64,000 bases of DNA from a virus (taxonomy: Duplodnaviria; Caudoviricetes). A program made the position numbers and the translations under genes. The notes under the pieces are model-generated. The model made no database searches and was not told the origin of the DNA. It worked only from the letters and a program-made list of their open reading frames with translations. Of this stretch, positions 9,401 through 16,886 are shown piece by piece. The stretch lies in IMG/VR virus record IMGVR_UViG_3300005611_001698, positions 32,001-96,000 of that record. One strand, 5' to 3'. Each line of letters opens with the position of its first letter. Within the stretch, counting starts at the first letter, position 1.

Positions 9401-10152
9401 ACCATACCAATTGCGTTCTTTGCAAGAATGTATTCTTTAACAAGACCAGATCGAACAATATCTTCAATACCAAATTCAATCAGTGAGAATGATTCCATCT
9501 TTGTGAGAATGCGGGTGAAATCAGAGATTCCATTCCTTTCAAAGGTTTTTGTCAAATCTGATTGTACTCCATCACCACAGAATACGATGCGGCTATTTTC
9601 ACCAACACGGGTAATGATCGAATCAAGTTCGTGGAAGTTTAGATTCTGACATTCATCGACAATGATGATTGCATTGTCAAGTGTTGTGCCACGAATAAAA
9701 GATGTGGACCAGAAACTAATCGTGCCTTGTGTTTTTAGGTTGCCATACAGCATCTCAAAGTCAGATTCTGTCGGTAACTCAAACATATATTTTACCATAT
9801 TCTTATAAGGAATCTGGTAAAGAGATGACTTGTCCTCATGGTCACCAGGCAGGAAACCAATCTCTCTGGTTGCTACCAGAGATCTAACAATGTAAATCTT
9901 TTCATAGGGTGAGTTGTCAGAAAGAACATCCCTAAGTGCATTGTAAAGGGCAATGAAAGTCTTTCCAGTTCCAGCACACCCATAAGCAAACAAATGTTTT
10001 CCTTCCTTATAATCTTGAAAGAATTTTTCTTGATTATCAGTCAGTGGTTCAATGTCAACCAACAAATCCATGTTGATTGGTTTCTTACGACGCATTTGTT
10101 TTGCAGTGTATCCAACTCCAATCGGGTCGTCGCTCTTTCTCTTTCTAGGCAT
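9397..10152 (-). CDS. phoH: PhoH-like ATPase
   Basis: GCAGTGKT Walker A, IGFLPG, RGTT, DECQN, DIVRSGLV. Confidence 0.96.
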   Translation of the reverse strand: MPRKRKSDDPIGVGYTAKQMRRKKPINMDLLVDIEPLTDNQEKFFQDYKEGKHLFAYGCAGTGKTFIALYNALRDVLSDNSPYEKIYIVRSLVATREIGFLPGDHEDKSSLYQIPYKNMVKYMFELPTESDFEMLYGNLKTQGTISFWSTSFIRGTTLDNAIIIVDECQNLNFHELDSIITRVGENSRIVFCGDGVQSDLTKTFERNGISDFTRILTKMESFSLIEFGIEDIVRSGLVKEYILAKNAIGMV

Positions 10153-10155
10153 AAG

Positions 10156-10404
10156 TTAGATCTTAAACTTTTGTCGGGCTGATGGTGCGTTCTGTGCTTT
10201 TTCAAGCACTTCATTCCAACCTGGTTTTGATTTGACGAGTTTGTCTTTCCACTCGCCAACTTCACCAAAACCTGGTGCGTTATCAGGGGTATAGTATCTT
10301 TCCCAATCGGGATTATCTTTACGCCACTGATCCCATTCATGAACGCTCATCACAACATCCTTAGTTTCACCAGTCTCTTTGTGCTTTACGGGGTAAGTTG
10401 CCAT
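10156..10404 (-). CDS. Conserved cyanophage hypothetical protein
   Basis: MATYPVKHKETGETK..; sits between thyX and phoH. Confidence 0.8.
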   Translation of the reverse strand: MATYPVKHKETGETKDVVMSVHEWDQWRKDNPDWERYYTPDNAPGFGEVGEWKDKLVKSKPGWNEVLEKAQNAPSARQKFKI

Positions 10405-10427
10405 ATCAAAACATAATGTGTGTATAT

Positions 10428-11060
10428 TTATGCCCAATCAAGTGCTCTCGCAACTGTGGGATACTGATGTGCAAAGATAGTCTTACACTCCTCTGCAATC
10501 TCCATATGCTCCTTCTGAGTGCCGTTAGCAGACCTCAGAGAGATGTAATGAATCCAACTACGACAAGATCCTGTCATGTAGATTCTAGTGGGTGTAGCAA
10601 GCGGTAGAACAAACCTTGCACATTCCTTAGCAACTCCTGCTTCAAGCATATCTTCATACAGATCTACTGCATGATCAAACTGTAAACGAATACGTTTGCG
10701 GAAAGACTCTGATACATCACGGGGAAGATCATCAATAGAGTTCTGACGATTCTTTGTATCCTGACGACGAAGTTCGGGAATAGAAATCTTACCCAACTCT
10801 GTGCTATCAGCATATCGTTGAGAAAACTCTTGAAACGTAAATGAACGGTGCCGCAAAATTTGTGCCGCAATCGCTCTTGTAGTTTCAATTTGTAGAGTCA
10901 TGTATGCTTGTTCAAACACAGACCAATGCTGATGCTTGATGCAATATTTTAAAAGACCTTCAAAACTTTCATTGTCTTGATTCTTTGGATTGCTCACACG
11001 GGCAATATACGCCATGTTCTGTTCAGGACTTGGTGTTGCCTGAATTAGTTTTACTTTCAT
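10428..11060 (-). CDS. thyX: Flavin-dependent thymidylate synthase
   Basis: HQHWSVFE, QILRHRSFTFQEFSQRY, ARFVLP motifs. Confidence 0.96.
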   Translation of the reverse strand: MKVKLIQATPSPEQNMAYIARVSNPKNQDNESFEGLLKYCIKHQHWSVFEQAYMTLQIETTRAIAAQILRHRSFTFQEFSQRYADSTELGKISIPELRRQDTKNRQNSIDDLPRDVSESFRKRIRLQFDHAVDLYEDMLEAGVAKECARFVLPLATPTRIYMTGSCRSWIHYISLRSANGTQKEHMEIAEECKTIFAHQYPTVARALDWA

Positions 11061-11248
11061 CAGCAATCCTCGCAATCCTCTTCTTTATGTTTCTTTCTGA
11101 TCTTTTTAAGTTCTTTCATCTCTTCCTTGATCATTTTGTATGCATCTTCGGAAGAAATCTTTCGTGCCATTTCCATAGCAACGATAATCTCTACTCTCGT
11201 TCCATAATGAGATAGAGCTTTTTCAAAACAGTTTAGTTCTTCGTACAT
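11060..11248 (-). CDS. Hypothetical protein
   Basis: 62-aa ORF tightly packed with neighbours. Confidence 0.7.
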   Translation of the reverse strand: MYEELNCFEKALSHYGTRVEIIVAMEMARKISSEDAYKMIKEEMKELKKIRKKHKEEDCEDC

Positions 11249-11250
11249 AG

Positions 11251-11433
11251 TTAATCGGGGTAACCATCATCATCGTTAAAGATTTCATCATAACTATCGA
11301 TTGGGACAACTTGATAGTCATCATATTCATCTTTATGTAGATAACTTTCTTCGTCTGAATAAACCTCAGACTTTAAAGATTCGACAAGAAGTTCTAAATT
11401 TTTGACAATCAGTTTGAGCCTGTCTTTGTTCAT
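11251..11433 (-). CDS. Conserved cyanophage hypothetical protein
   Basis: MNKDRLKLIVKNLELLVESLKSEVYSD..DDDGYPD; AGAAAGG SD and promoter upstream. Confidence 0.8.
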   Translation of the reverse strand: MNKDRLKLIVKNLELLVESLKSEVYSDEESYLHKDEYDDYQVVPIDSYDEIFNDDDGYPD

Positions 11434-11459
11434 CCTTTCTTGTATGATTTGACAAATTT

Positions 11460-11500
11460 ATTATACACAAAAAAAGAGGGAGTGTCAATCTCCCTCTTTG
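11460..11500 (-). terminator. Rho-independent terminator overlapping a sigma70 promoter
   Basis: AAAGAGGGAG-ATTGACA-CTCCCTCTTTTTTT; TTGACA 11488-11483, N17, TATAAT 11465-11460. Confidence 0.85.
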
Positions 11501-11505
11501 ATTAT

Positions 11506-11640
11506 TCACTTTTTGATTTGAGCAAGTTGTGCTTGCTGACGACGCTGTTCTTTTTCAAGTTGATCTTTGATCAGTTGAAGAACATTGATTTTGTGATCTT
11601 CGACATTGTACTTAACACCACGATAAGTTGCGGTAGTCAT
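11506..11640 (-). CDS. DUF4278-family small protein (44 aa)
   Basis: Hand-translated MTTATYRGVKYNVEDHKINVLQLIKDQLEKEQRRQQAQLAQIKK; YRG motif; AGGAG SD. Confidence 0.85.
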   Translation of the reverse strand: MTTATYRGVKYNVEDHKINVLQLIKDQLEKEQRRQQAQLAQIKK

Positions 11641-11644
11641 TTGT

Positions 11645-11882
11645 TTACTCCTGAATGAATGGGGGGTTTAACCTTTTACCCTTTCGGGTGATCCGTTTCC
11701 CGTTCCTTCAATCGTTTGCGTCCCAGTTACAACCTCTTTCTGTTGCGTCTTTAATAGTATTGACAATTTCTACTTTGATTAAATCACTCATGTCTTGATT
11801 AGCCTTTGCCCTAGCAACAAGTTGCTTAGCATCAGCACAAACCAATTCAGCAGAAAGTAAAAATTCTAACATAGGATGAACG
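11645..11882 (-). ncRNA. Glutamine riboswitch aptamer 2 (Downstream-peptide / glutamine-II type) with greatly expanded P2 loop
   Basis: CGUUC-A-UCCUA...UGGGA-CGCAAACGAUUGAAG-GAACGG; P1 11882-11878/11705-11701; lies upstream of a DUF4278 ORF, the usual context. Confidence 0.75.
11708..11872 (-). CDS. 54-aa small protein nested inside riboswitch aptamer
   Basis: MLEFLLSAELVCADAKQLVARAKANQDMSDLIKVEIVNTIKDATERGCNWDAND; GGAG SD 10 nt upstream; two Cys. Confidence 0.75.
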   Translation of the reverse strand: MLEFLLSAELVCADAKQLVARAKANQDMSDLIKVEIVNTIKDATERGCNWDAND

Positions 11883-11884
11883 CT

Positions 11885-11925
11885 CCGTTCCGCGATTTAC
11901 TTGCGATCCCAAATGGGATTGAACG
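11885..11925 (-). ncRNA. Glutamine riboswitch aptamer 1 (glnA / Downstream-peptide family)
   Basis: CGUUC-A-AUCCC-AUUU-GGGAU-CGCAAGUAAAUCGCG-GAACGG. Confidence 0.75.
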
Positions 11926-11932
11926 TAAGGTC

Positions 11933-11984
11933 ATTATAGACCATATGCCTTATATATGCAAGTAGTTTTGTAAAATGTGATACA
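11933..11984 (-). promoter_or_regulatory. sigma70 promoter plus NtcA box
   Basis: TTGCAT(11961-11956)-N17-TATAAT(11938-11933); TGTA-N8-TACA at 11969-11984. Confidence 0.7.
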
Positions 11985-11986
11985 GT

Positions 11987-12145
11987 TTAATCTTCTTCTA
12001 ATAATTTCTTCACACGTGTCTCTGTGCCATCCATCTTTTTGATTTCGTACAGAGGTGACTTCATATATTTTTTGATCTTCTTATACTCTTTGGTCAGTTG
12101 ATTGATGGCATCAAGATCCAAAGTAACTTTATTAAATCCACTCAT
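11987..12145 (-). CDS. Hypothetical protein (52 aa)
   Basis: Hand-translated MSGFNKVTLDLDAINQLTKEYKKIKKYMKSPLYEIKKMDG..; ATGA overlap with upstream gene. Confidence 0.7.
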   Translation of the reverse strand: MSGFNKVTLDLDAINQLTKEYKKIKKYMKSPLYEIKKMDGTETRVKKLLEED

Positions 12146-12423
12146 TTCTTTTTCTTCTTATCTGGTTTCTTGTATCCCCACAGTTTGGGATTTGTTCTAC
12201 CCTCAGTTTGAGTAAACTGAATGAGGTTCTCTCTATACTTGTCCCAGTAATGATCAAAGATATCTACTTTTTTATTGCTCATAACAATATCAAAATGAGT
12301 TGTCTCTCCCTGAACATACTCTACGAGATATGTTGTGTATGGAAGAGACTTATCATCTGATAAAGATGGATCGCAATCTTGATGGATAATTTTGATTGAA
12401 CCCATCAAGAGCGTCCTCCCCAT
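12142..12423 (-). CDS. Conserved cyanophage hypothetical protein
   Basis: ORF track; IIHQDCDP..LPYTTYLVEY..FDHYWDKY. Confidence 0.75.
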   Translation of the reverse strand: MGRTLLMGSIKIIHQDCDPSLSDDKSLPYTTYLVEYVQGETTHFDIVMSNKKVDIFDHYWDKYRENLIQFTQTEGRTNPKLWGYKKPDKKKKK

Positions 12424-12899
12424 TGAATATCAGGGTAAGCTTCTTCAATGTGACCGCGACTGATATTGTACTTATCAATCAGTTGCTTATCCTTAACAAG
12501 AATCAGGAGATCTGCTTCTTCTGGGTGAAGACCTTCCAGCATCTGAATGAAGATGGTTTCACGACGAGTCTTGGAAAGTTTATCGTTACCACCTTTCACA
12601 AAGTTGTAGAAACTGCGCTGTTCGCTCCTCAGAGACGTGTGCTCAGTTCCTTTGGGGGCTTCATTGGGTTTGTATGGAACAGGACCCTGTGGAAGGGCAG
12701 AGATGACACTATCATCAAAGTTCCAAATCAAAAGAGAAACCAGAGCATCATTACGATACTCTTTCAAAATCTCGATTTTTTTTGCTCTGGTTCTTGCTTT
12801 TGATACCAATTCCAAAATTTCACTTTGAAATGGATTTGGAGGAAGTTCGACTCTTTTAGTCGTCGTCTTCGTAGTCGTCGTAGTCTTCGGCATTTTCAA
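12405..12899 (-). CDS. Conserved T4-like hypothetical protein
   Basis: LIWNFD..LPQGPVPY..RRETIFIQMLEGLHPEEA. Confidence 0.8.
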   Translation of the reverse strand: MKMPKTTTTTKTTTKRVELPPNPFQSEILELVSKARTRAKKIEILKEYRNDALVSLLIWNFDDSVISALPQGPVPYKPNEAPKGTEHTSLRSEQRSFYNFVKGGNDKLSKTRRETIFIQMLEGLHPEEADLLILVKDKQLIDKYNISRGHIEEAYPDIQWGGRS

Positions 12900-13092
12900 A
12901 TCTCACTGCGAGTACTGTATCGGGAATCACGTTGCCGTCTTCATCAAGGAATTCGGGATGTAGATTCACTGTGTCTGGATGATATGGTGTGGTCTTAATG
13001 ACATGTTCTTTTGCCAACCAACCTACCATACCTCCTACAAAAAAGAACATTATAGAAACTAATGTGCTAATTGTCAAGATCGTTGCGACCAT
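12856..13092 (-). CDS. Small membrane protein
   Basis: N-terminal TM helix; HPEFLDEDGNVIPD. Confidence 0.75.
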   Translation of the reverse strand: MVATILTISTLVSIMFFFVGGMVGWLAKEHVIKTTPYHPDTVNLHPEFLDEDGNVIPDTVLAVRFENAEDYDDYEDDD

Positions 13093-13110
13093 CTTCCTAC
13101 TCCTTGTTTT

Positions 13111-13326
13111 TTAGGGTTTCCTTATATCGAAGGAAAAGTTTAGGAAAATGTGAAACTCTCTTTTCAGGAAAGAAACCATCTTCCCAAACTTGATTTGGAA
13201 TGTTTTTGGTTCCTCCTGTTCTTTTTTTGTTTTCTTTCGGAGCATTAGCTCCACACCTTTATTTATCTGCAAATCAGGATTTTTTCTTTCGTCCTGGTCT
13301 CTTGTTTTTTTCATAACGTGTCGCAT
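13111..13326 (-). CDS. Hypothetical protein
   Basis: ORF track; INKGVELMLR motif. Confidence 0.65.
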   Translation of the reverse strand: MRHVMKKTRDQDERKNPDLQINKGVELMLRKKTKKEQEEPKTFQIKFGKMVSFLKREFHIFLNFSFDIRKP

Positions 13327-13618
13327 CCTCTAAAATACCACAAAGGTAGTTTCTAATCTTACGCGCACGTGGTTTAGGTATGTGTCCATAACCCTCACGT
13401 AGTTGTTTGTGAACATTGTCATTACCACCTTTTAAGTATTCATCCAGTTCAATAATAAGATCACCAAGTTCAGCAGCAACTGAACTCTTAATGAATAATG
13501 TCATATCTTTCTTAGTCATGTTCGATGACTTTGCATATTGATAAAGGTTGAGTACATACTTATCCTCACGGAATGCATAGTCAATAGCAGTTTCGACGAC
13601 GTAAAAAAGATCTTCCAT
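13274..13618 (-). CDS. Conserved cyanophage hypothetical protein
   Basis: QLREGYGHIPKPRARKIRNYL. Confidence 0.8.
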   Translation of the reverse strand: MEDLFYVVETAIDYAFREDKYVLNLYQYAKSSNMTKKDMTLFIKSSVAAELGDLIIELDEYLKGGNDNVHKQLREGYGHIPKPRARKIRNYLCGILEDATRYEKNKRPGRKKKS

Positions 13619-13860
13619 TAATCGGGCAAGTGTTTTTGTTCTCTTAGAAATCTAATAGTATCAGCACATCCACCAATCTTTTGTTCACCAAAAATTACTT
13701 GTGGAAAAGTGGCACCTTCACCATACTCATCATAGAAAGCTTCTTTGGTAAAGTCTCTATCTAACTTATAAACAACATGTTTTACCTCAGTAAATTGCAT
13801 CAACTGTTCAATCTTAGAGCAATAAGGACAGTTGTCTTTGGAATAAATCGTAAACGTCAT
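13618..13860 (-). CDS. nrdC: Glutaredoxin
   Basis: CPYC, TFPQV, IGG. Confidence 0.92.
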   Translation of the reverse strand: MTFTIYSKDNCPYCSKIEQLMQFTEVKHVVYKLDRDFTKEAFYDEYGEGATFPQVIFGEQKIGGCADTIRFLREQKHLPD

Positions 13861-13888
13861 AATCGATTACAAATTGATTTTATTTATT

Positions 13889-13914
13889 AAAAAAGAGGGT
13901 CACGTGACCCTCTT
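13889..13914 (-). terminator. psbA terminator
   Basis: AAGAGGGTCACGTGACCCTCTTTTTT. Confidence 0.85.
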
Positions 13915-13961
13915 AGTATATTAGGATTCTTAATAACTGTCAAGTATTGAGAATCTTAATA

Positions 13962-15041
13962 TCATCCAATCACTGGTGCTTTGAGTGCCACAGGAGTGGA
14001 TTCAACGGAGGCAAGATCCAAGGGGAAGTTGTGAGCATTTCTTTCATGCATAACTTCGAGTCCAAGGTTTGCTCTGTTGAGGATGTCAGCCCAAGTTGGG
14101 ATGACACGGTTCTGACTATCAATAAGAGACTGATTGAAGTTGAAACCATTAAGGTTAAAGGCCATAGTAGACACGCCAAGAGCAGTGAACCAGATGCCAA
14201 TAACAGGCCAAGCAGCCAGAAAAAAGTGAAGGCTACGGGAGTTATTAAACGATGCATATTGGAAGATCAGGCGACCGAAGTATCCATGAGCAGCCACGAT
14301 GTTGTAGGTCTCTTCTTCTTGACCGAACTTGTAACCATAATTCTGACTTACTTCTTCGGTGGTTTCACGGATGAGTGAAGACGTGACCAGACTTCCGTGC
14401 ATAGCACTAAACAGAGCGCCACCAAATACCCCAGCAACCCCAAGCATATGGAACGGATGCATAAGAATGTTGTGTTCTGCTTGGAAGACGAGCATGAAGT
14501 TAAACGTGCCCGAGATTCCAAGAGGCATTCCATCAGAGAAGGAACCTTGACCGAAAGGATAAACAAGGAACACCGCAGAAGCAGCAGCAACAGGAGCAGA
14601 GTAAGCAACAAAAATCCAGGGGCGCATCCCAAGACGATAACTAAGTTCCCATTCACGACCCATGTAGCAGAAAACACCAATCAGGAAGTGGAATACAACC
14701 AGTTGGTAAGGACCACCATTATATAGCCATTCGTCAAGTGATCCAGCTTCCCAGATGGGATAAAGGTGAAGTCCGATAGCGTTAGAAGAAGGAACAACAG
14801 CACCAGAGATGATGTTGTTTCCGTAGAGAAGTGAACCAGCAACAGGTTCACGGATGCCGTCGATGTCCACAGGAGGAGCAGCGACGAAGGCAACGATGAA
14901 ACAGATAGCAGCAGCGAGCAGCGTAGGAATCATCAGTGTGCCAAACCAACCAACATACAAACGGTTATTGGTTGAAGTCACCCAAGAACAAAACTGTTCC
15001 CAGTTAGAAGTAGAACGTTGTTGTGAAAGTGTAGCAGTCAT
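13962..15041 (-). CDS. psbA: Photosystem II D1 protein
   Basis: Full-length 359-aa D1, no intron. Confidence 0.99.
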   Translation of the reverse strand: MTATLSQQRSTSNWEQFCSWVTSTNNRLYVGWFGTLMIPTLLAAAICFIVAFVAAPPVDIDGIREPVAGSLLYGNNIISGAVVPSSNAIGLHLYPIWEAGSLDEWLYNGGPYQLVVFHFLIGVFCYMGREWELSYRLGMRPWIFVAYSAPVAAASAVFLVYPFGQGSFSDGMPLGISGTFNFMLVFQAEHNILMHPFHMLGVAGVFGGALFSAMHGSLVTSSLIRETTEEVSQNYGYKFGQEEETYNIVAAHGYFGRLIFQYASFNNSRSLHFFLAAWPVIGIWFTALGVSTMAFNLNGFNFNQSLIDSQNRVIPTWADILNRANLGLEVMHERNAHNFPLDLASVESTPVALKAPVIG

Positions 15042-15061
15042 TGTTTTAACTAGAAAGTAAA

Positions 15062-15150
15062 ACCATCAGGGAAATGGTGGTGTTACTATTCCTCAGGCAC
15101 CCTCATCCTGAGGTATGAGAGACGTGTTTATACTCCCCATAGGTCTCGGT
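15062..15150 (-). ncRNA. PhotoRC-II RNA motif (psbA leader)
   Basis: GAGAC..GUCUC, CCUCAGG..CCUGAGG and ACCAU..AUGGU stems in a phage psbA 5' UTR; recognised from memory of the family. Confidence 0.75.
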
Positions 15151-15202
15151 TAATGAGAGTTGCAACTGTTTAAGAAACGTTACATTCCTTAACGTGTTGA
15201 TG

Positions 15203-15246
15203 TATTTATAATAACACAAAAAAAACCACCCGTCAAGGGTGGTGGA
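15203..15246 (-). promoter_or_regulatory. psbA dual promoter (sigma70 + T4 late) overlapping hli terminator
   Basis: TTGACG 15236-15231, N17, TATTAT 15213-15208; TATAAATA 15210-15203; hairpin CCACC..GGTGG + U tract. Confidence 0.8.
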
Positions 15247-15262
15247 CAGATTTTTTACTAGT

Positions 15263-15481
15263 TCACCAAATTCCAGGAATGATCTGCCCAGTAACAGCAT
15301 AAGCACCAAGAGCAGCAATAATGCCCATCATTGCAAACCGTCCATTCATGCGTTCTGCTTTCTCGTTATGAGTTTCGTATACGTTGTTATCCATTTGTTT
15401 TTTTACCTCAGGGTCAATGTACATTTGGGGTTCGGTAGCGTACATATTAGTACGCCCACCATCTTCGGTTGTTACAGTCAT
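15263..15481 (-). CDS. hli: High-light inducible protein
   Basis: AERMNGRFAMMG..TGQIIPGIW. Confidence 0.96.
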   Translation of the reverse strand: MTVTTEDGGRTNMYATEPQMYIDPEVKKQMDNNVYETHNEKAERMNGRFAMMGIIAALGAYAVTGQIIPGIW

Positions 15482-15506
15482 TTATGATTGTTGTAAATCT
15501 TCACAT

Positions 15507-15544
15507 ATTATAAGACAAAAAAAGGGATGCGTCAAGCATCCCCA
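15507..15544 (-). terminator. Terminator overlapping the hli sigma70 promoter
   Basis: GGGGATGC-TTGAC-GCATCCCTTTTTTT; TTGACG-N17-TATAAT. Confidence 0.8.
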
Positions 15545-15564
15545 TTTTGATTTAGTAACTTATA

Positions 15565-15930
15565 TCAGAACGCGAACTTGGTTCCGATCTTAGCACCGTA
15601 ACCGTTGTCAGCACCGTCAACGCCAGTGGCGAGGGAAACTTCACCGTAGAAGGAGAGTTTCTCAGTAGCAGCAACGGAACCACCAGCCTTAGCAGTGAAG
15701 ATGGTCTCAGTGTCGCCACCATCGGGAGTCAGGATAGCAGGACCACCCTGGACATAGTAACCAACACGGCCAGTCGAACCCTCATAACCAATATGCAGAT
15801 CAGTTGCAGCACCAGCATAGTCACTGCCAGCCCAACCAGCGTTGGTTTCTACATTGACATAAGGACCTGCAAAAGCAGCACCAGCAGACATGGAGAGAGC
15901 AGCAGTAGCTGCGAATACAGATTTGATCAT
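15565..15930 (-). CDS. Small outer-membrane beta-barrel / porin-like protein
   Basis: Signal peptide, alternating beta-strand pattern, C-terminal Phe (KIGTKFAF). Confidence 0.75.
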   Translation of the reverse strand: MIKSVFAATAALSMSAGAAFAGPYVNVETNAGWAGSDYAGAATDLHIGYEGSTGRVGYYVQGGPAILTPDGGDTETIFTAKAGGSVAATEKLSFYGEVSLATGVDGADNGYGAKIGTKFAF

Positions 15931-16064
15931 TTTAGATACCTCGTAGTTTTTACTTGTGGAATGGATACCCACAGATGAAAGAAGACTCGACGTGTCTTCG
16001 TTGTTGTGAACCGTTACATTGTGTATCGGTTCAATATTTATACTAACTTGACATTTGAATTTTG

Positions 16065-16886
16065 TCAAGAGTTGTGAGCAGGATGACCTTCGATCTTCCC
16101 ATTCTCATCATACCCAGGCGGGAGTCTGCCCAGGTATGCATTCCAGTTAAACAGAGACTTCCAATCTTCGATCTTATTAGACTCTGCCCAGAAACTGGAA
16201 ATGCCATTATAACTGTTTCTATGAAAGATGTCAATATGTTCTGGGTGAATTGATGACCCTAGATCCAAACGGTAAAGGAACAGAGGAATGCAATACACTT
16301 TTCCACTTTCAAAGATTACATCTTCTGATGTAGCACGTGGTCTTACATCCTGATCAAGTTTAAACTTATTACCACGAACATGTAAGTTATAAATTTTCTG
16401 TGCGTGTGTGCGCTTCAACACATATACAGCAGCAGAAAAATCATTGATGAATCGATTATGCAACGTTACATAGACCACAGCAGGATTAATTGTAGTCAGT
16501 TGCATTGCATCATAGTTATATGGAAATAATGCTGCTGCTTCTTTATATGAGAAAGGCCAATACCTCACTGGATCAAAGCAAGCATCATCCTCCATAATCA
16601 TAACTTCATCACAATCCATCTCTTCGATGAAGTATTTGATTGCTTTGAGATGTGACATACAACATCCAATCTCATTTGGAATCATTGTGTGTGGAACTGT
16701 GCCACTTAGATGCACACTAGGATCATCTTGACGTGCATCGATACCAGCAATCCTAGTATGATTCTCAATCTCCCAATATTTGAATTGATTCTCCATATGC
16801 TGACGACGTTGCACATCAGAATCAAGATTGATCCAAAGAACAGGAGGAATTCCTTTCAGTTTATATGCAGACTTATTTTTGTCCAT
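16065..16886 (-). CDS. Glycosyltransferase family 25
   Basis: WINLD..RR..GIDA..EIGCCMSHLKA..IMEDD. Confidence 0.85.
   Translation of the reverse strand: MDKNKSAYKLKGIPPVLWINLDSDVQRRQHMENQFKYWEIENHTRIAGIDARQDDPSVHLSGTVPHTMIPNEIGCCMSHLKAIKYFIEEMDCDEVMIMEDDACFDPVRYWPFSYKEAAALFPYNYDAMQLTTINPAVVYVTLHNRFINDFSAAVYVLKRTHAQKIYNLHVRGNKFKLDQDVRPRATSEDVIFESGKVYCIPLFLYRLDLGSSIHPEHIDIFHRNSYNGISSFWAESNKIEDWKSLFNWNAYLGRLPPGYDENGKIEGHPAHNS

Noticed and set aside
11440-11658. Plus-strand 72-aa ORF
   Set aside because: Antisense to the DUF4278 gene and its terminator.
12856-12892. gtc/gta trinucleotide-like repeats
   Set aside because: Explained by overlapping frames encoding EDYDDYEDDD and KTTTTTKTTTK.
13962-15041. 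Intron in psbA (also introns/inteins in thyX, nrdA, nrdB, g41, g43)
   Set aside because: All are uninterrupted and of normal length.
15103-15318. 71-aa ORF upstream of psbA
   Set aside because: Crosses the hli stop, terminator, promoters and PhotoRC-II RNA; no coding signature.
15488-15506. NtcA/CRP box upstream of hli (TGTGAAGATTTACA)
   Set aside because: Half-site spacing is 2 bp too short for either consensus.
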